From: Chrysomallon squamiferum
Lineage: Eukaryota; Animalia; Mollusca
Length of the DNA: 64,000 nt
Direction: 5' to 3'
Assembly (NCBI GenBank): GCA_012295275.1
Contig: CM022672.1
Span: forward strand, 29,388,001 to 29,452,000
Under the pieces are notes generated by a model, which saw only the letters and a list, made by a program, of their open reading frames with translations, did no database searches and was not told the origin of the DNA. The position numbers were made by a program, and so were the translations under genes. Every line of letters begins with the position of its first letter. Positions within the stretch are counted from its first letter, which is position 1. This document shows positions 27,534-41,460 of the stretch, piece by piece.

Positions 27534-27689
27534 CTGACATTTTCTAAATTTTGTTTTGCTGTTTTAATGTAGTAGTATTACGGTCTCATGCAGGTACTAA
27601 CTGCAATTTAGAACAATTATGAATGAAACGGTAGTAAGTATTTAAGTTTCTTTTGATATATATCTTGTGTTAAAAGAACAACAACACAA

Positions 27690-27722
<33 letters not shown>

Positions 27723-28817
27723 AAGTATAAAATGTAAGAAATGCTCAGATAGAAATGAATTAATGAAACAAATCAAAAAAGTATATCAGTAAAACCTCAA
27801 TTTTTAAACTAATCACTATAGTAACAAGATAATGACCTAATGTATACTACTAAAAACTTAATTATTTTATTCTCTTTTATTTTTTCAGTATAAAATGACA
27901 AGAAAAATAAACTGACCACCCCAATGTGTTTTAACCATGTTGTCAGCAATCAAAATGTACAAGTGACATAGGGCCAACACCATCAGACATCAGCGATGTT
28001 GACTGTGTGGTGTCAACTGTGGTGTGCAGGTTACGAGGTTCAAATTTCAGCCAAGAATTACAGAAATCTGCTTTGTGCTTTTAGTGACGATTCTCTTCCA
28101 AGTTATAAATTATAATTTATCTATGGTTTATTGGTTTATTTAATGACTGACACAGGTTAATTAATTAGTACAGCACATTAATATAAAGACGATACTAAAT
28201 CCCAGTCAAAAACACTTACCAATCCTGTCTGACATTGCCTCTAATTATGTCAAATACATTTTCTTGCCCTGTCTCTCTCTTCCCTTCTTCCCTCTCCCCC
28301 GTCTCTAAATATGGATGCCAGCCAGTTTATAAGGAAATACACAGTGTTAAAATGAAATGAGTGGATATGACAGTAAACAGATACTGCTTGACTTTCAGTT
28401 AATCTAAAACTAATTTAAACTGTTTTTGTTCCAGTAGTTATCTTGACTTCATGGGCACTGTAATGACACACAAAACTGGACAACACTGTAAAAGTCCAGA
28501 CTGGAGTGCAGATTGGCTTTATATGAGTTTAATCTGTGAAATATATGTCATGATACTTAAGTAATCCACTGCAATATAATCAATGAAGCATGTAGTCAGT
28601 TATAACATGAGCAACCAACCACATCATAATCATTTAACCTATCATTTTACAAGTAGAAAACCACATAGGACAAATATACCAACCATGACAAAATTAAAAA
28701 CCTAGAAACAAAACAAAACAAAAAAAAGTTAAAAAAATAAAAATAAAATAAATAATAAATAAATAAATAAATATAAAATATCATTAAGTGTGATTATGTA
28801 ATGGTCTTTATTTCTGC

Positions 28818-28995
28818 ATTACATAGACAGGTGTCATGTTTACCTGAAGACCATTACATAGACAGGTAAGTCATGTTTACCTAAAGACCATTACATATGT
28901 AGGTAAGTAACGTTTACCTAAAGATTAACATGTATATTTCTAAGTAATGTTTATCTGAAGATTATTATATATATAGCTAAATGATGTTTACAGGT
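28818..28995. repeat. Degenerate minisatellite, about 36-bp unit, about 5 copies
   Basis: Unit ATTACATAGACAGGT(AA)GTCATGTTTACCTRAAGACC, decaying to the right. Confidence 0.85.
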
Positions 28996-29024
28996 ATCAT
29001 GCTGTCTGAACTGTGATGTAAAAA

Positions 29025-29760
29025 CCAAAAGGAATTATCTTTCAGATATAAATCTCCATCAAAAAGTTATCTATGTTCTGTACTTGTGAAATAACCAGTT
29101 ATGTGTTAACCACATTATAAACAGAGAATATTATATGTGTGTTAATTTATTGGTAAATAAAATATAAGGAATTGCCTTTCAAATATATACATAACAAATA
29201 ACCTATGAAGTATAGTTGTCATGGAATAACATGCTATGTCTTAATATTACAAAGAGTGACTATTATATCTGTTTTATTTTTCTAGTTAATTTTCTAGTAA
29301 TAGCAGGAATTACCTTTCAAATACAATCCACCATTATTATGCACTCTATTCTTGAAATAATATACATATCTTAATCATATATTAAACATTGAATAATATA
29401 TCTGTGTTAATTTTCTAGTAATCAAAATAGAAGGAATTTCCTTTCAAACACAGACCATTGCACTGCTGAAATAACATACCATAACTTAATTGTTATAAAC
29501 AGTGAATAATATTTGTACTTGCGTTGATTTTTCCATGAATAAAGTAAGTCCACCATTATTACATAAGATGGTGCAATCGTGCTATAAATAGTGATTATCT
29601 GTACCTATATTAATGTTCTAGTAAATAATACACAATCCACCATTACTACATAGCGCACACCTTGAATAACATGCCGTGTCCTAATTGTACGATAAACAGT
29701 GAATAATACACCTGTTAATTTATAAGTAAATAAAACAAGAGGAATTACCTTTCAAATATG
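29025..29760. repeat. Degenerate tandem repeat, about 130-140-bp unit
   Basis: GGAATTACCTTTCAAATA-like anchors at about 29031, 29168, 29306, 29433 and 29741, with recurring GAAATAACA, GAATAATAT and CCACCATTA blocks. Confidence 0.75.
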
Positions 29761-32700
29761 ATCCTCCATGAAAAATAAACTGAAACAAATCTAATCGAGC
29801 ACCTGTGTTGTGCACTGAGATCATCATACCTTGCATGTGACGACTCACTGAACACTAACTGTCACATGTTCTTGTCAGTACATGAAGAACTACTGTTTCC
29901 TCGACTGCCACGTCAAGTAAACCTCTGACCCTAGCCACCTCACAATGCAGCTACAGATCAATACAATCTGTTGATATGATAAAAATAAAATATCAACTAG
30001 TTGTAAATGACAATTTTTTTTTTTTTTTGTCTTTATAGACACTGGCTTGGTTGGGTAAAATATTCATGTTTTGTGCATTGGGTCTTCTGACAGTAACACT
30101 ACTAAAATAGATCTATAAAATAAACAAAAATATGTACACAGGTATTCTTTTTCTTTCTTCTTTCTATATATTTTTTAAAATTACAAAAAAATGAATTAAA
30201 GGAAAAAAGTTATATTTTAGTAATAGTTTGTAATATCAGTTGTTTATTCTCAGTCATTAGTAATAATTATAATTGTAATATAAATAATATTGCTGCAATA
30301 GTAGTTACATTTCTAGTAGTAGACATGTAGTGATAGTAGTAGTAGTAGTAGCAGTTGCATCAGTATCAGTTCTCTGGAGATGGTGGTAGTAGTGGTGCTA
30401 GTAGCAGTTGTGGTAGAAATAACAAAAGTTGTACTTTACCTCAAGTAATATTTCTAATTATAATAATATGGAATAATTTTAAAACTGCATGTGACAGCCG
30501 TCTACAACTAAATACATTGCGCAATACCTGACCTTTGATCAGTCCTGGATAAAATGTCTCTCTGGTTAATGAAATGTGTTTAGTACAGACATATACTGAG
30601 AGAACGCACATGCTGCCAGTAGCAATAGCTAGGTTTGTACTGAGAGACTGAGACAGACAGACAGACAGACACACAGAGAGAGAGAGAGAGAGAGTTATTA
30701 AGCACTGACATATACAGGAATCTTAAAAAAAAATAATAACTTGTATTGTAGACAGTATTACAACATTCACTTTGTGTTAAACTGAGTAATGTATATTAAC
30801 TACTAACCTGATCAGATGTAATTAATGTGCTCTTGATCAGGTAAGAAAGCAGCTGTGTGCATCCAGTTTGCACAGGTGTGGCTGTAGTTGTACTTTGCAC
30901 AGATGTGGCAGTAGTTGTTGTGTGTTGCCTAAATGTGGCTGAGGTTATGTGGTTGTGCTTATGTGTATGTCAGCAGTGTAATAAAATCCACTGTGAAACA
31001 CAGCATTTTCTACACGTAAATTACAAAGTGTTAAACATTTATGCTAATTTATACATACTTTCAAACAACTGGAAAATTAAACATAAAAAAAAAGTGCACG
31101 AACAATCTTTTCATTGATTAACACAAATCTATTTTTGCACAAGCAGTTTCTTTTGTTGTTCTTATTCACTTTTAGGTTTGATAGATCTTCTCACTTTTCA
31201 TATGATAATACAACAAATTGATTGAAGTGACACTGAACAACAGGCAGTCGACAGCTGTGTTCTGCTCGCTTAGAAATGTCCAATTCAAAGAGGGAGAAAA
31301 GAAATTACTTACAGTAAACATTAATTTCTAATAGCTTTAACCATTATATACCAAATATGATTTTTTTTATTTCTTGAACCAACTTCAGCTGAGAATATCA
31401 GTCAGTAATAGCTATTACTAAATCAAGATACAAGAATCTAAAGTTATCCATTGGTATTTTGTCAGTGCTACTTCTGCACAATTGTACGTAGTATAACAGT
31501 ATGTATTAATGTACGTCTGTATTTGTTTTTAAAGGAGTAAAGGAGAAGTTCCCTGTTCACCTCCCTGCTGTCTTGTTTTCTCTCGACATTCATTATTTAT
31601 TTATTTAATGTTTCTTATTTTACAGTATTCATTCATTTTATTTTGTTTCTTTTATTTTACATTATTTTATTTATTTTGTTGTTGTTATTGTTACACATGT
31701 CTGTTATAAATGTACACTTAACATCAGTACTGTTAACCGTCTGCTGGTCTCCATGTAACAAAGCCAGACAACTCCTCATTTACCAGTACCAGTCTTCCTC
31801 TTTGTTTATTTGTTTGTTTAATGATACACAGCACAAAAAGGTTTCCTCCAGCAACCAAAATATTAAAAGAATTATTATAATTCCAAATTACAATTTTAAA
31901 GTTTTTGCATTTTTGCATGATCTGTCATTATTGTTAACAAAATATGACAATAAAAATAATATAAAAAACATCTGAAAACTGTCATTTTACGTCTTCACAA
32001 AGTGTAGTTATGACAAGAATGAATATACATCAGACTTGATACATGTACATTTTCTAGCACATTTTCTAACAAAACCAGAATAACAAATGAGAGTAAATCA
32101 GTGTGCAAACAATGATGTTGTAACTGCTGCAAAACAGCTGCACATTTGATTTTTTGTTTTGATTTTGATTTGATTTTTGATTTTTGTTTTCCTTTCTGTA
32201 CACTTCTGTTGTTACACTTTATTATTAAAGTTAGAATGCAAAAACATAACAAACAAAAAAAAAAAGTAAAATGCTTTTGAGTAAATTCTGAATTTGCTCT
32301 ACCATCCAGCCTCCACTAATCACCAAGGCAACACAAAGACTGAAGTCACTAACACTGACCACTCCCTTGCAATGCTGTTAGCTAACTTACTTCAATACAG
32401 CAAACCATTAATTCTTAACCAGTAATTTTCTTGTAATAAACTGGAACACAAGTTGCTTGTAATAGCTACATATTAATAACTTTATATTCACTCTATTTTT
32501 CACCTAATATAAAAATATTTCTCCAAGAGACTCCAACTTTATAAATTATTTGAAATGGTGCAATGACAAATGAAAGGATAAGAACCACTGCAGAAAATCT
32601 TTGGTTCATAGAACCTCAATTCAAAGGTTAAAGCAAATAACTGGCCATCCTTGTGGAACACCATGGATACAGACAGAAAGTCACTGTTTGGTAATCTTGT

Positions 32701-32776
32701 TGTAATCAACATCATATTAACACTTACACCAAGTCTGTATGGTTGTTTGATTGTAATGAATTTTTTTTTTCTGTAT

Positions 32777-32824
<48 letters not shown>

Positions 32825-34195
32825 CTTCAATTATATCTGCTATGAATGATCATCAAAACATACAAACAAACAAGCACATCTTTCCTTCTGTATGTTATAA
32901 ATTTGGATTTAGAAAAGATGCCAATTTATTCTAAACCTCCACTACATCATGGTGAAGAACCGTCTGCAAACAGAATATTCTGATAATATTAAAAATATTT
33001 TTTACAAAATTGAAAAATCTATAACATAAAAATATAGTTAGTATTTTGATATGAATATTTTAATAAATTAAAAATCTACAGTAACATTTAAAAATGTCAG
33101 TATATTAATGTTACAGTATTAAAATATTAATGTTTTAGTATTAAAATATAATCTTAAACTTATGTGATCTAATTCTTGTGATATGAACAGAAATCTCATT
33201 CATCTTTTTTGTCTGAGTGTGATGGGTAATTTACAATGAAAACACTACAGCACAACGTACCACCTGTCACTTACCATTCTTTACTCACAGAAACTAAATT
33301 ATTATTTTTTGATTTTATACTCAACAATACATAAATTTACAGTGACATCAATGTTTCAATATATAAATAATAATAAAAAAAGATTTTAAAATCTGTTTTA
33401 TCAACTTCAGGATAAATCATTATAAATAAAATAAAATAATAATCAATAATTAAAACAAATAAAATAAAATAAAATAAAATAAAATAAAGGAAACAAACAA
33501 ATAAAAAATGTATTCCACTTTTAAAAAAACATTTATATCTCTGATTACGTTTTGACTTTTCTGTTACAGTGTTATTTTCTCTTATCCAAAAATTCTGAAA
33601 AGCTCCTAAATCCAAAACTTGTTCTGAGCACCAGAAATAGTGATACAAACTTCAATATATACACAAATTTATAAAAAAAAATTATATAAAAACTATTTGT
33701 ATAAGCTGTATATGAAATACAACCAACTTATTAATAATATGACAAATCCTGTTCTCAGGATCTCTCTTTATATTCCAAAATGGGAAATATTTCTGATCTC
33801 AAGCAATTCAGATAGGAGTCTCAGACTGTTTTGTGACTTGCAGTAATTCATTAAACATGAATGATTGCCTTCATCAAATACTGATTATCATGATAATGAT
33901 CACTATCATCATAAAAGTATTTTCCACTGCAATTCATTATCATGTCAGTAATCTTTATCATAAATGTTTATTCATCATAGAAATTCATTAATTATTAATG
34001 ATCATACACTGCTCATTATTAATCAATCATCATTGTGATCAGCCATTACAATTCCCTAATCACTCTAATTTATGATCACTAATCAGTGATTGATCATCAC
34101 CATTATTACTCTCCACTGAATTCAGTAATCATGAATTATCATTATGATTCTGCATAACCAGACATACCATCATTATAAATAAACAGAATTAAAAC

Positions 34196-34228
<33 letters not shown>

Positions 34229-37200
34229 GAAATAACCTCAGAAAATTTCAGCAATCTGCACATTTATATTGAAGTTCAAAAAAAAAAAGAAAATGTTTTA
34301 AAAAGGACCTGAATGATGAAGGGTTGCTCATCAGGCGTAGCATACTTATCAGCAATAAGCAAGAAAAAAACAGGCTGAACTGACACTTCAAGGGTTTGGA
34401 GCTGAAAAATGCAGCAATATTAAAATTTACACCCTTCTAATCACAGATGTTTAAATCATTTTCAAAAAATTTACAACTTCTCAGAATTATTAATGTTAAA
34501 ATTACAAGTAATACAAATTCTTCCCTACTCTTGGCAAATTGAAATAAAAATTTTAAAACTGTTATCAATTCAATTATAAAAATTGTTATTATATATCCTT
34601 ATCATAATATTATTATCACCAACTAAAATATTTTGTGCATGGTTGTATAAACATACTGGCTGAATATGCAATGATGTACAGCCATTCTGTAATGAATAAA
34701 GATTTTTATGCTGCACAGAGATGGATTAATAGCTTTCTGTTATGTATATAAAGTACTTTCAGGACTGTATAATAATGCAGATGAACAATGTTCATTGAAA
34801 ACTCACTAATTTGCAATTTAAATCATACTGAAATTTCACAGGTGGCTAATCTTTTTGTCAAAATGCTCATAATAGATATTTAAACACCAAAAAAGCTGCA
34901 GCTTTGTAGTTCAGTTCATGAATGAATGAATGAAATACCAATGTTTTTTTTGCATTAGATAATCTTTTATATAATAATAATACTATTATTATAATATAAA
35001 AATAAAAACTAATAAAAACAATTGTTTGAAACTACCACTTGCACATTCTAAAAAATAATAATAATAATAATAACACTGTTTATAATGTGCTTGTAGTAGT
35101 TCAAAACAAGTGTTTCCCAGCATCCTGCAGAAACAAATGGGAAAAAAATGTACTTTCATGGGAAAGAAAAGTGACAAAAGATTCCAAACCATCAAAATGT
35201 ATTCAGAAGTTTGTTTGAAATCAATGGCCTTGACCTTATTTCAAACTGTCAGTCAAACTGCTTTCCAGTTTTTTCCACCAGTTGAACAGAATTTCCCTTT
35301 CCTATTTTTGAACAACATTTCTAACTTGTTTCCTAAATTACTGATCCAGTGTAATAATGATTTGGCATGTCATTGTTTTCAATGATACTGAACTGAATTA
35401 CAATGCTACAGCAAAATATATGAAACTAAGGTTGAGATTCTGTTCTGCTTGGACACAACATAAATATTCCATGATTAATTTTAGATATATAAAGAAACAA
35501 TGATTATTTGTTTAAGGATATGAGGATAGATTTTGTGTGTAGATTTAAACACATTTTTTTAAAACGTTTTTTGTTTGATGTTGATAAGAAACCAACATCA
35601 ACCGAACTATGGGATTGTTATAAATAGGTTTTTGTTTGGTTTCTTTTTTTTTATCTTTTGCTTTCTTATATGTTTTTTCCCTCCTCCCATAACAGGCAAA
35701 CATCAGTTTTGGTAAACCAGTCTTGGAAAGACTTGAATGTCAAACAGAAAAATATTCCAAATGGGACATTATAGGAACAGTGGCTTATATAATAACAACT
35801 GCATTCTACAGCTGATGTATATTCAGGTTTTAACCCATAGATTGAAGAATATACAAGACAGGTAATAATGTATATCAAAGATTACTTCTAAACCTCTGAC
35901 CTTGCCAGTTGTGTTTTGGTCCAGATTTGTAAAACTAAACCAGCCTGATTAGACATGTTCAGATACTGTCAACAACAGCAGATAGCAGCTCTTAGTTGTT
36001 TATCTCCTAAAGAAGATGTAAATGTGTCACCAGATAGTCAGCAACCTTTGACTCAGGTGTGTTGGTTTTTCTAAAACTGGCTTGTTTATTACCAAGGCAA
36101 AATCTTGATTCGAGATGAATGTTTCGTCTTCTAATCAAACTGCTGTTAGCTGTAACCATGTCTACAAGTCTGATCAGTTATGGGATTAGAGATGTTGCTG
36201 TAAATGTTCTTCATCTCTTATCTCGTATTCTGATTGTGTAGCAACAGTCAAGTAAATGTAGAATTAAAAGCATGCACAGAATAAAATGTATTTGAATGGT
36301 GTATTTGGACACAACAAGATCTTGAACTATGGAAGGTATCAGATCTTCCATTTGGTAATTATTAAACCTTTAACAACAGACAATGACGAACATCTCAGTG
36401 CTGAGACAACAATATACAATAATTTGAAAAACTCCTTTGTTTAAAATAAAATGGAAGGAATTCCCAACTCATCAGTGGCCAGTGAGGATGCTGCAGAGGT
36501 CAGTTCAGTCCTAAGAGTTAAATCAAATAAAGTAGTATGTACAAGGCTATTAAATCTTTATCTGGTGTTCAGAATTTTTGGTTTTAACACGTTCAGTGAC
36601 ATTGATTTTATTAACAATTTACAATAATTCCTTTTTTTTCCCAGTTTTTATAGAAAATCTTTGAAACATTCTGACAGCTAACAGTAAGTAACTGATTAAA
36701 CATTTTGATACCTCATTAGTTATCAAGTTATTAACAGAAAAAAAGGTTGTTTCAAAAGTTACCGTTTCACAAACAGCTGAAAGCGCTGCAATGAAATCAA
36801 AGATGCCAAAGAAAAGATCTGTCAGTGTATGAACAACTGCTGTCTGTAAGTGTTGGGACACATCATGTATTTACTAATGTCCCAAATGTCTTGTACATAC
36901 AAAACAAAATGAATTTAGTCACAAAATAGAAAGAAAAACAGAAACTACTGTAACATGTAAAACAGCAGAAAACTGGAATAATTTTAAATTAATCTGTTAA
37001 CATTAACAATAACAATAATTAACAATAATAATAACAACACATCTGCATGAATGGTTATTTGGTACTGACATTTTTTCTCCAATTTCTCTCTCTTCCTTTC
37101 AATCCCTCACATTGACACACCTACACACTGCAGAATATAGAAACAAAACTTTCTATTCTTTCATTAACAGCCATCTTGTTTCAGACACAGATGGATATGA

Positions 37201-38914
37201 CAAAGAGTGACATGTAAACAAATCTGCATGGAATGTTACATTACACTTTCTGCATCACATTACACTTTCTAATATTACAGCAATCATCATCCATTATTTA
37301 ACTTCGGTTCATACATAATTAGTTAGTTATCATATAACAATATTTCTATCAAGCTACATATGAAAATATAAGCATGCTATACAGCTAAAACAGATTTGCT
37401 GAACGTGTTTATTCTTTAGGCAAATGTGATGACGCTACGAACATTGCTTCACTTGTTATATGTAAAATATTTCTGAATCAAATAAAAGTTAATTGTTTTT
37501 GTTATTTTGTATTTTTCTGGTTTCCATTATATATATTAATAATAATTAAAAAGAACATGGTTAAAAATACTTTATACTATGTATATCATGTTCCATCTTG
37601 AAAAACAGTTTTTATAATCCTGTAGAATCTGAGAGGATAAAAGAATAATTTCACATCAGTTTACAATCAGTTTACATTCAGTGTAAACAACCAATTCCAG
37701 TTTTTAAAACAATTTACATGACTGTTGTTTTGGTCTCCAAGACATAATTATTATAACATTTTACATTCATCAGTTTAATCCTTTTGGAAAAAAGACTGTC
37801 TTATGTTTTCCATTTGAAATTAATGAGTGAAAAATAGATTAAGAGAAAACTTCCAAATTACTTTTTTTTTTTTCATATAATATATGCATTTGTAAAGTTT
37901 ACATCTTTATCGTTATAATTTTTAAAGAACCGTTTGGTATTACAGCATTTTTGTACCCGTCAGTGAAGATTGTAAACATGATTATGTGTTCAATAAACAA
38001 TTTTAATTATTACCTCAAGTTAACCAGGGTAACATTTTCATTACATCTGTAACTACCCAATCTCTAAACAATGTTGAGGCTCAGAAAGCAAAACTCGGAC
38101 ATCTCATAGTTGTCTACCATTATTATGATGAAAATTTTGAAATAATTTAAAACATTAATGTTCATACACTGACAGCATAAAGAATAAATGGATTATATTT
38201 ACAGTTCAAAAATCTGCATCTTAATAATATGGAAGAAATTAAATCACTTTCAGTAATTTGAGGATAAGTATTTAATATCAAACAAAGAATGTTTAAACAG
38301 AAACAGGAACATTAAAAAATCACCAGCATTTCATGTTTGCCAATAATTTCCAATATTTTCTTTCCTTGGGAATTTAAGGGTTTTTTTTCCATTTTTTATT
38401 TTTATGGGAAATATTGTAAATACACATAATGTAAATTAAAACCAAAAACTGAAAAAGCATGGAAAATATTTAGAAAAAAAAAAAAATTGGACTCCTCATT
38501 TAAATGTAAAAACAATTAATCTTGGTTTGAAAATAAAAAGTGGATTGTATTCTGGTAAAATGAAGGTAGAGTAACATCTTAATTTTTTTAGTTTTGGGGG
38601 GGGGCAACTATTGTTTCATGACTTTTTGAAAAAATTACTTGCTTGTACTGTCAGTTTTGAGACTTACAAGTAAAACATTTTACCTGAACAAAAACATCAC
38701 TGGTGATTTTGTTTGGTTTGGCTGAGGTACCACAAGATCAGGTGTCTAAAATACTGTGTGACGTGAGCAAAGCTACTGGCTAAAATAATCTTTCAGCCAG
38801 ATTTCTTGAAGATGGTGCTACTGTCGTTTCTCTAAACCATTTACTGATTGTTAATTTTTTATATTTAGTATATACAAAAAAAGTAACATTTCTGACAACT
38901 TACATGATTCTTAA

Positions 38915-39180
38915 TTTGGTTTTCAGACAGCTTCTTCTACAGATACATGTTATTATGTTTGACTACCTTAAACAGAAAAGTGACAAAGGTATATAAGTCC
39001 ACTGCCACAGCAAATGACAGCAGTTTGTTAAACTGAAAGCCATTAGGTTTAAACAAAAATTCTATACACTTGTTTGACTACTGTTTAACTGGTTCACTGA
39101 TGTTAACAATCACTTCAAAGGGTTTTTCATGTAGTGTTCCTCAAGGATCCATCTCTAGACCTTTCCAGTTTCTTCATATA
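38915..39180 (+). mobile_element. Decayed non-LTR retrotransposon (CR1/L2-like) reverse transcriptase fragment
   Basis: Frameshifted peptides FGFQTASSTDTC, DYLKQKSDKG, KLKAIG, LFNWFT and SVPQGSISRPFQFL appear in the expected order; the last corresponds to the GVPQGSILGPLLF motif. Confidence 0.7.
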
Positions 39181-40228
39181 CAGTTGTGGCTGATGCATAA
39201 AACACCCTCACACAGAAAATAGACAAGTTCAATTTTGATTATATCTTTAATTTCTCTGCCCAACTGTACAACATGATAAGACAGTTACAATATTATAAAT
39301 AATAATATAGCTATATTGCAGAGAATTGGCCCAAACTTCTCTCTTGCAAGATATTCTCTCTTCTCTCTTGAACTCTTTCACCACGCTCAAACAGGTAATG
39401 TTTCACACCCCTGACCAATACTGGCAGACCATTACTGTCCTGGGTTCCTTAAAGCACCAGTGACAGTGTTTAACCTATATTAATGTCCCAAGTGTCATGG
39501 AGGAATTTCCCCAATGTCTAAACAAGGAGAAATAAGCCTCACACACCTTATAGTGTTTATGTATTTTTAGATTATGCTTGCTGCTTTTTGTTCAGTCCCT
39601 CGCACATGAATGACATGACAGATTTCAAGCCCATGATCCTGCTGTATCCAGGTGACTGTGTTTTAGTGTCTGGTAAAGATGTGTCAGAGATAGAGGAGAC
39701 CATGCATTTTGAGACTGAGTCAGTGAAAACCATAAATTATTTTTACCTTTAGGCAAAACAGAGTCCATGTTCTTTCCATTTACGAGAAGATTATCACATT
39801 TTTACAGTTTGAACATGGTATATAATGGAAATGACACTGAATCAAAGACAAGTATCATATTTTGAAGGAACTTAAATAATTAAGTTTTTGCTGATGCTAT
39901 AGCATTTAACATAATTTATAAAAGCTGAAATAGAATTTTAAAACAGAAACCCAAGGAAATTTATCCTTAAAACTAAAACTTTAAGTCTTAGTTTAGATTC
40001 AATGTCATAAAGACCAATCTTCTTCTGCAAAAAAAGCTTTACGGGGAGATTTTTTATATCACAAAATAACTTCATTAGATACATGTTAAATTCTCCAAGA
40101 ATTTTAGTTTCTTGGTCTGCTCCCTGTGTAGCAGAAAGTCGAACACCTTAAATTAGGATCCATGTAAAATATCCATGGTAGTAGCACACCTCAATAAAGT
40201 CAAAAACAAATGGTTCAACAAAAGTAAT

Positions 40229-40299
40229 ATGGAAATGGAAAAAAAATTAACGTGCTAATCAGAGCAAGCTGACAGGTCAGCGGGCGCACCTGTCGCAGA
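40229..40299 (-). mobile_element. Second, internally deleted copy of the 59426-59527 element
   Basis: Shares GAAAAAAAATTAAyGTGCTAATCAGAGCAAGCTG and ACAGGTCAGCGGGCG...GTCGCAGA, and lacks 28 bp between CTG microhomologies. Confidence 0.7.
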
Positions 40300-40787
40300 A
40301 AAGATAAAATTAATATACAAGTGGTTGTGATTTATACACCAAGAATTCTTGAGTAGATCTGCCTCTCTTGTATGCAGGTATTATACAACAGAATGTTGCC
40401 CTGCTCTCAGTTAAACACTGCACTAACAGTTATAGATTTAATTACCAATTACTAAAATATTTGCCAATATCATTACAAGTTGTCTCATCTTTATTATTAT
40501 TATAATTATAATTATTATTATTATAAAAGTAGGAGGATCATATTAGAAATTAAAACTTACCGACGGGTGCAGTTATCATTTCTCATTTTCAGCAGTGATT
40601 ACCCAATTACAAGCTGACAGTTGTAAATTAAAACATAATCGACGAAAAAAACCCATTCTATTGGATAGCTAATTAATGTACTTTGTGGTGGCCGTTTCAT
40701 GAAGTTGTGACCGTCACGATGAATAAAATGACATCGGAATGGAGTCACTATTTTAAGTATTTATGTCACTATTCGGGATTCACTCAC

Positions 40788-40937
40788 CTTTGAGTTTGAA
40801 TTTCCTTTTTTCGGTATCGATTTCGTTTTGCTTAATGGTGGATGAACTTCGTCATCGCTAATGACAATGCATTCGTCGTCGGTGTCAGAATCCGAAAGAA
40901 TAATTACAGAGCTCTCTTCTACATCCATTACAGTCAT
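40788..40937 (-). CDS. SIMC1: SIMC1-like gene, coding exon 1 (50 aa, two SUMO-interacting motifs)
   Basis: Manual translation gives MTVMDVEESSVIILSDSDTDDECIVISDDEVHPPLSKTKSIPKKGNSNSK. VIILSDSD and CIVISDDE fit the hydrophobic-core plus acidic SIM pattern and resemble the human SIMC1 start (FIVISDD). There is an in-frame TGA just upstream of the ATG. The donor AAG|GTGAGT is phase 0, matching the phase-0 acceptor at 15103. Confidence 0.8.
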
Positions 40938-41460
40938 AATAATTCATTGCCTTTTTCTCCAACATCACTGCATGCATGTTCTCTTTGCCGCCATTATTGG
41001 ACCACTCCGCCTCTGGGATTCCCCTCATCTACGTACTATTTCGGTAATTTTCGTCGTTTCCGAAGACGCTAGTGCTGACCTCTGCTACGGCCATTTTGTT
41101 TCTAAAATTAAATGATTACACCTAAACACATAACAAATTACTGGTATCTGATTCCATTTAAAACTACTGAAAGCAATAAAACATCTTATAGCGATAAATT
41201 AAAAAGTATCTCAAGCCACAAATTAGTATTAAGAACGAAATTTCCCGACAGCGAGTACAGCGATTTTCTCGATAAGCGACTTGCTGCAACTTGCATTATG
41301 TGCAATAAATAAATAAAATACGTTGTACATTTCGTTTTGAGGTAAATTTTATTTTGGAACAGGACAAAGTACATAGAAAATAACAGATATAATCGAATTT
41401 CATCGATATCGGATACGTATATATAACTCGTAACAACCGTTAGTATCGATGCAAATTGAA
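40938..41460. promoter_or_regulatory. CpG-retaining promoter/5' leader of SIMC1-like gene, possibly bidirectional
   Basis: CpG-rich compared with the adjacent intron. Contains YY1-like motifs (GCCATTTT at about 41090, GCCGCCATT at about 40987), an E2F-like TTTCCCG at about 41241 and DRE-like ATCGAT sites at about 41402 and 41445. Confidence 0.55.

Noticed and set aside
28818-28995. 36-bp repeats as a CRISPR array
   Set aside because: Units are contiguous with no unique spacers, the context is eukaryotic and there are no cas genes.
36619-36861. 80-aa ORF faintly like LINE RT (FDFIAALSAV, CLISYL)
   Set aside because: Too degenerate; the expected downstream RT motifs could not be found confidently.
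39660-39686. TGTCTGGTAAAGATG resembling miR-8/miR-200 family 3' part
   Set aside because: The seed does not match and no precursor hairpin is evident.
40938-40994. In-frame TGA codons upstream of the SIMC1-like ATG as selenocysteine/readthrough
   Set aside because: No SECIS identified and no homology support for an N-terminal extension.
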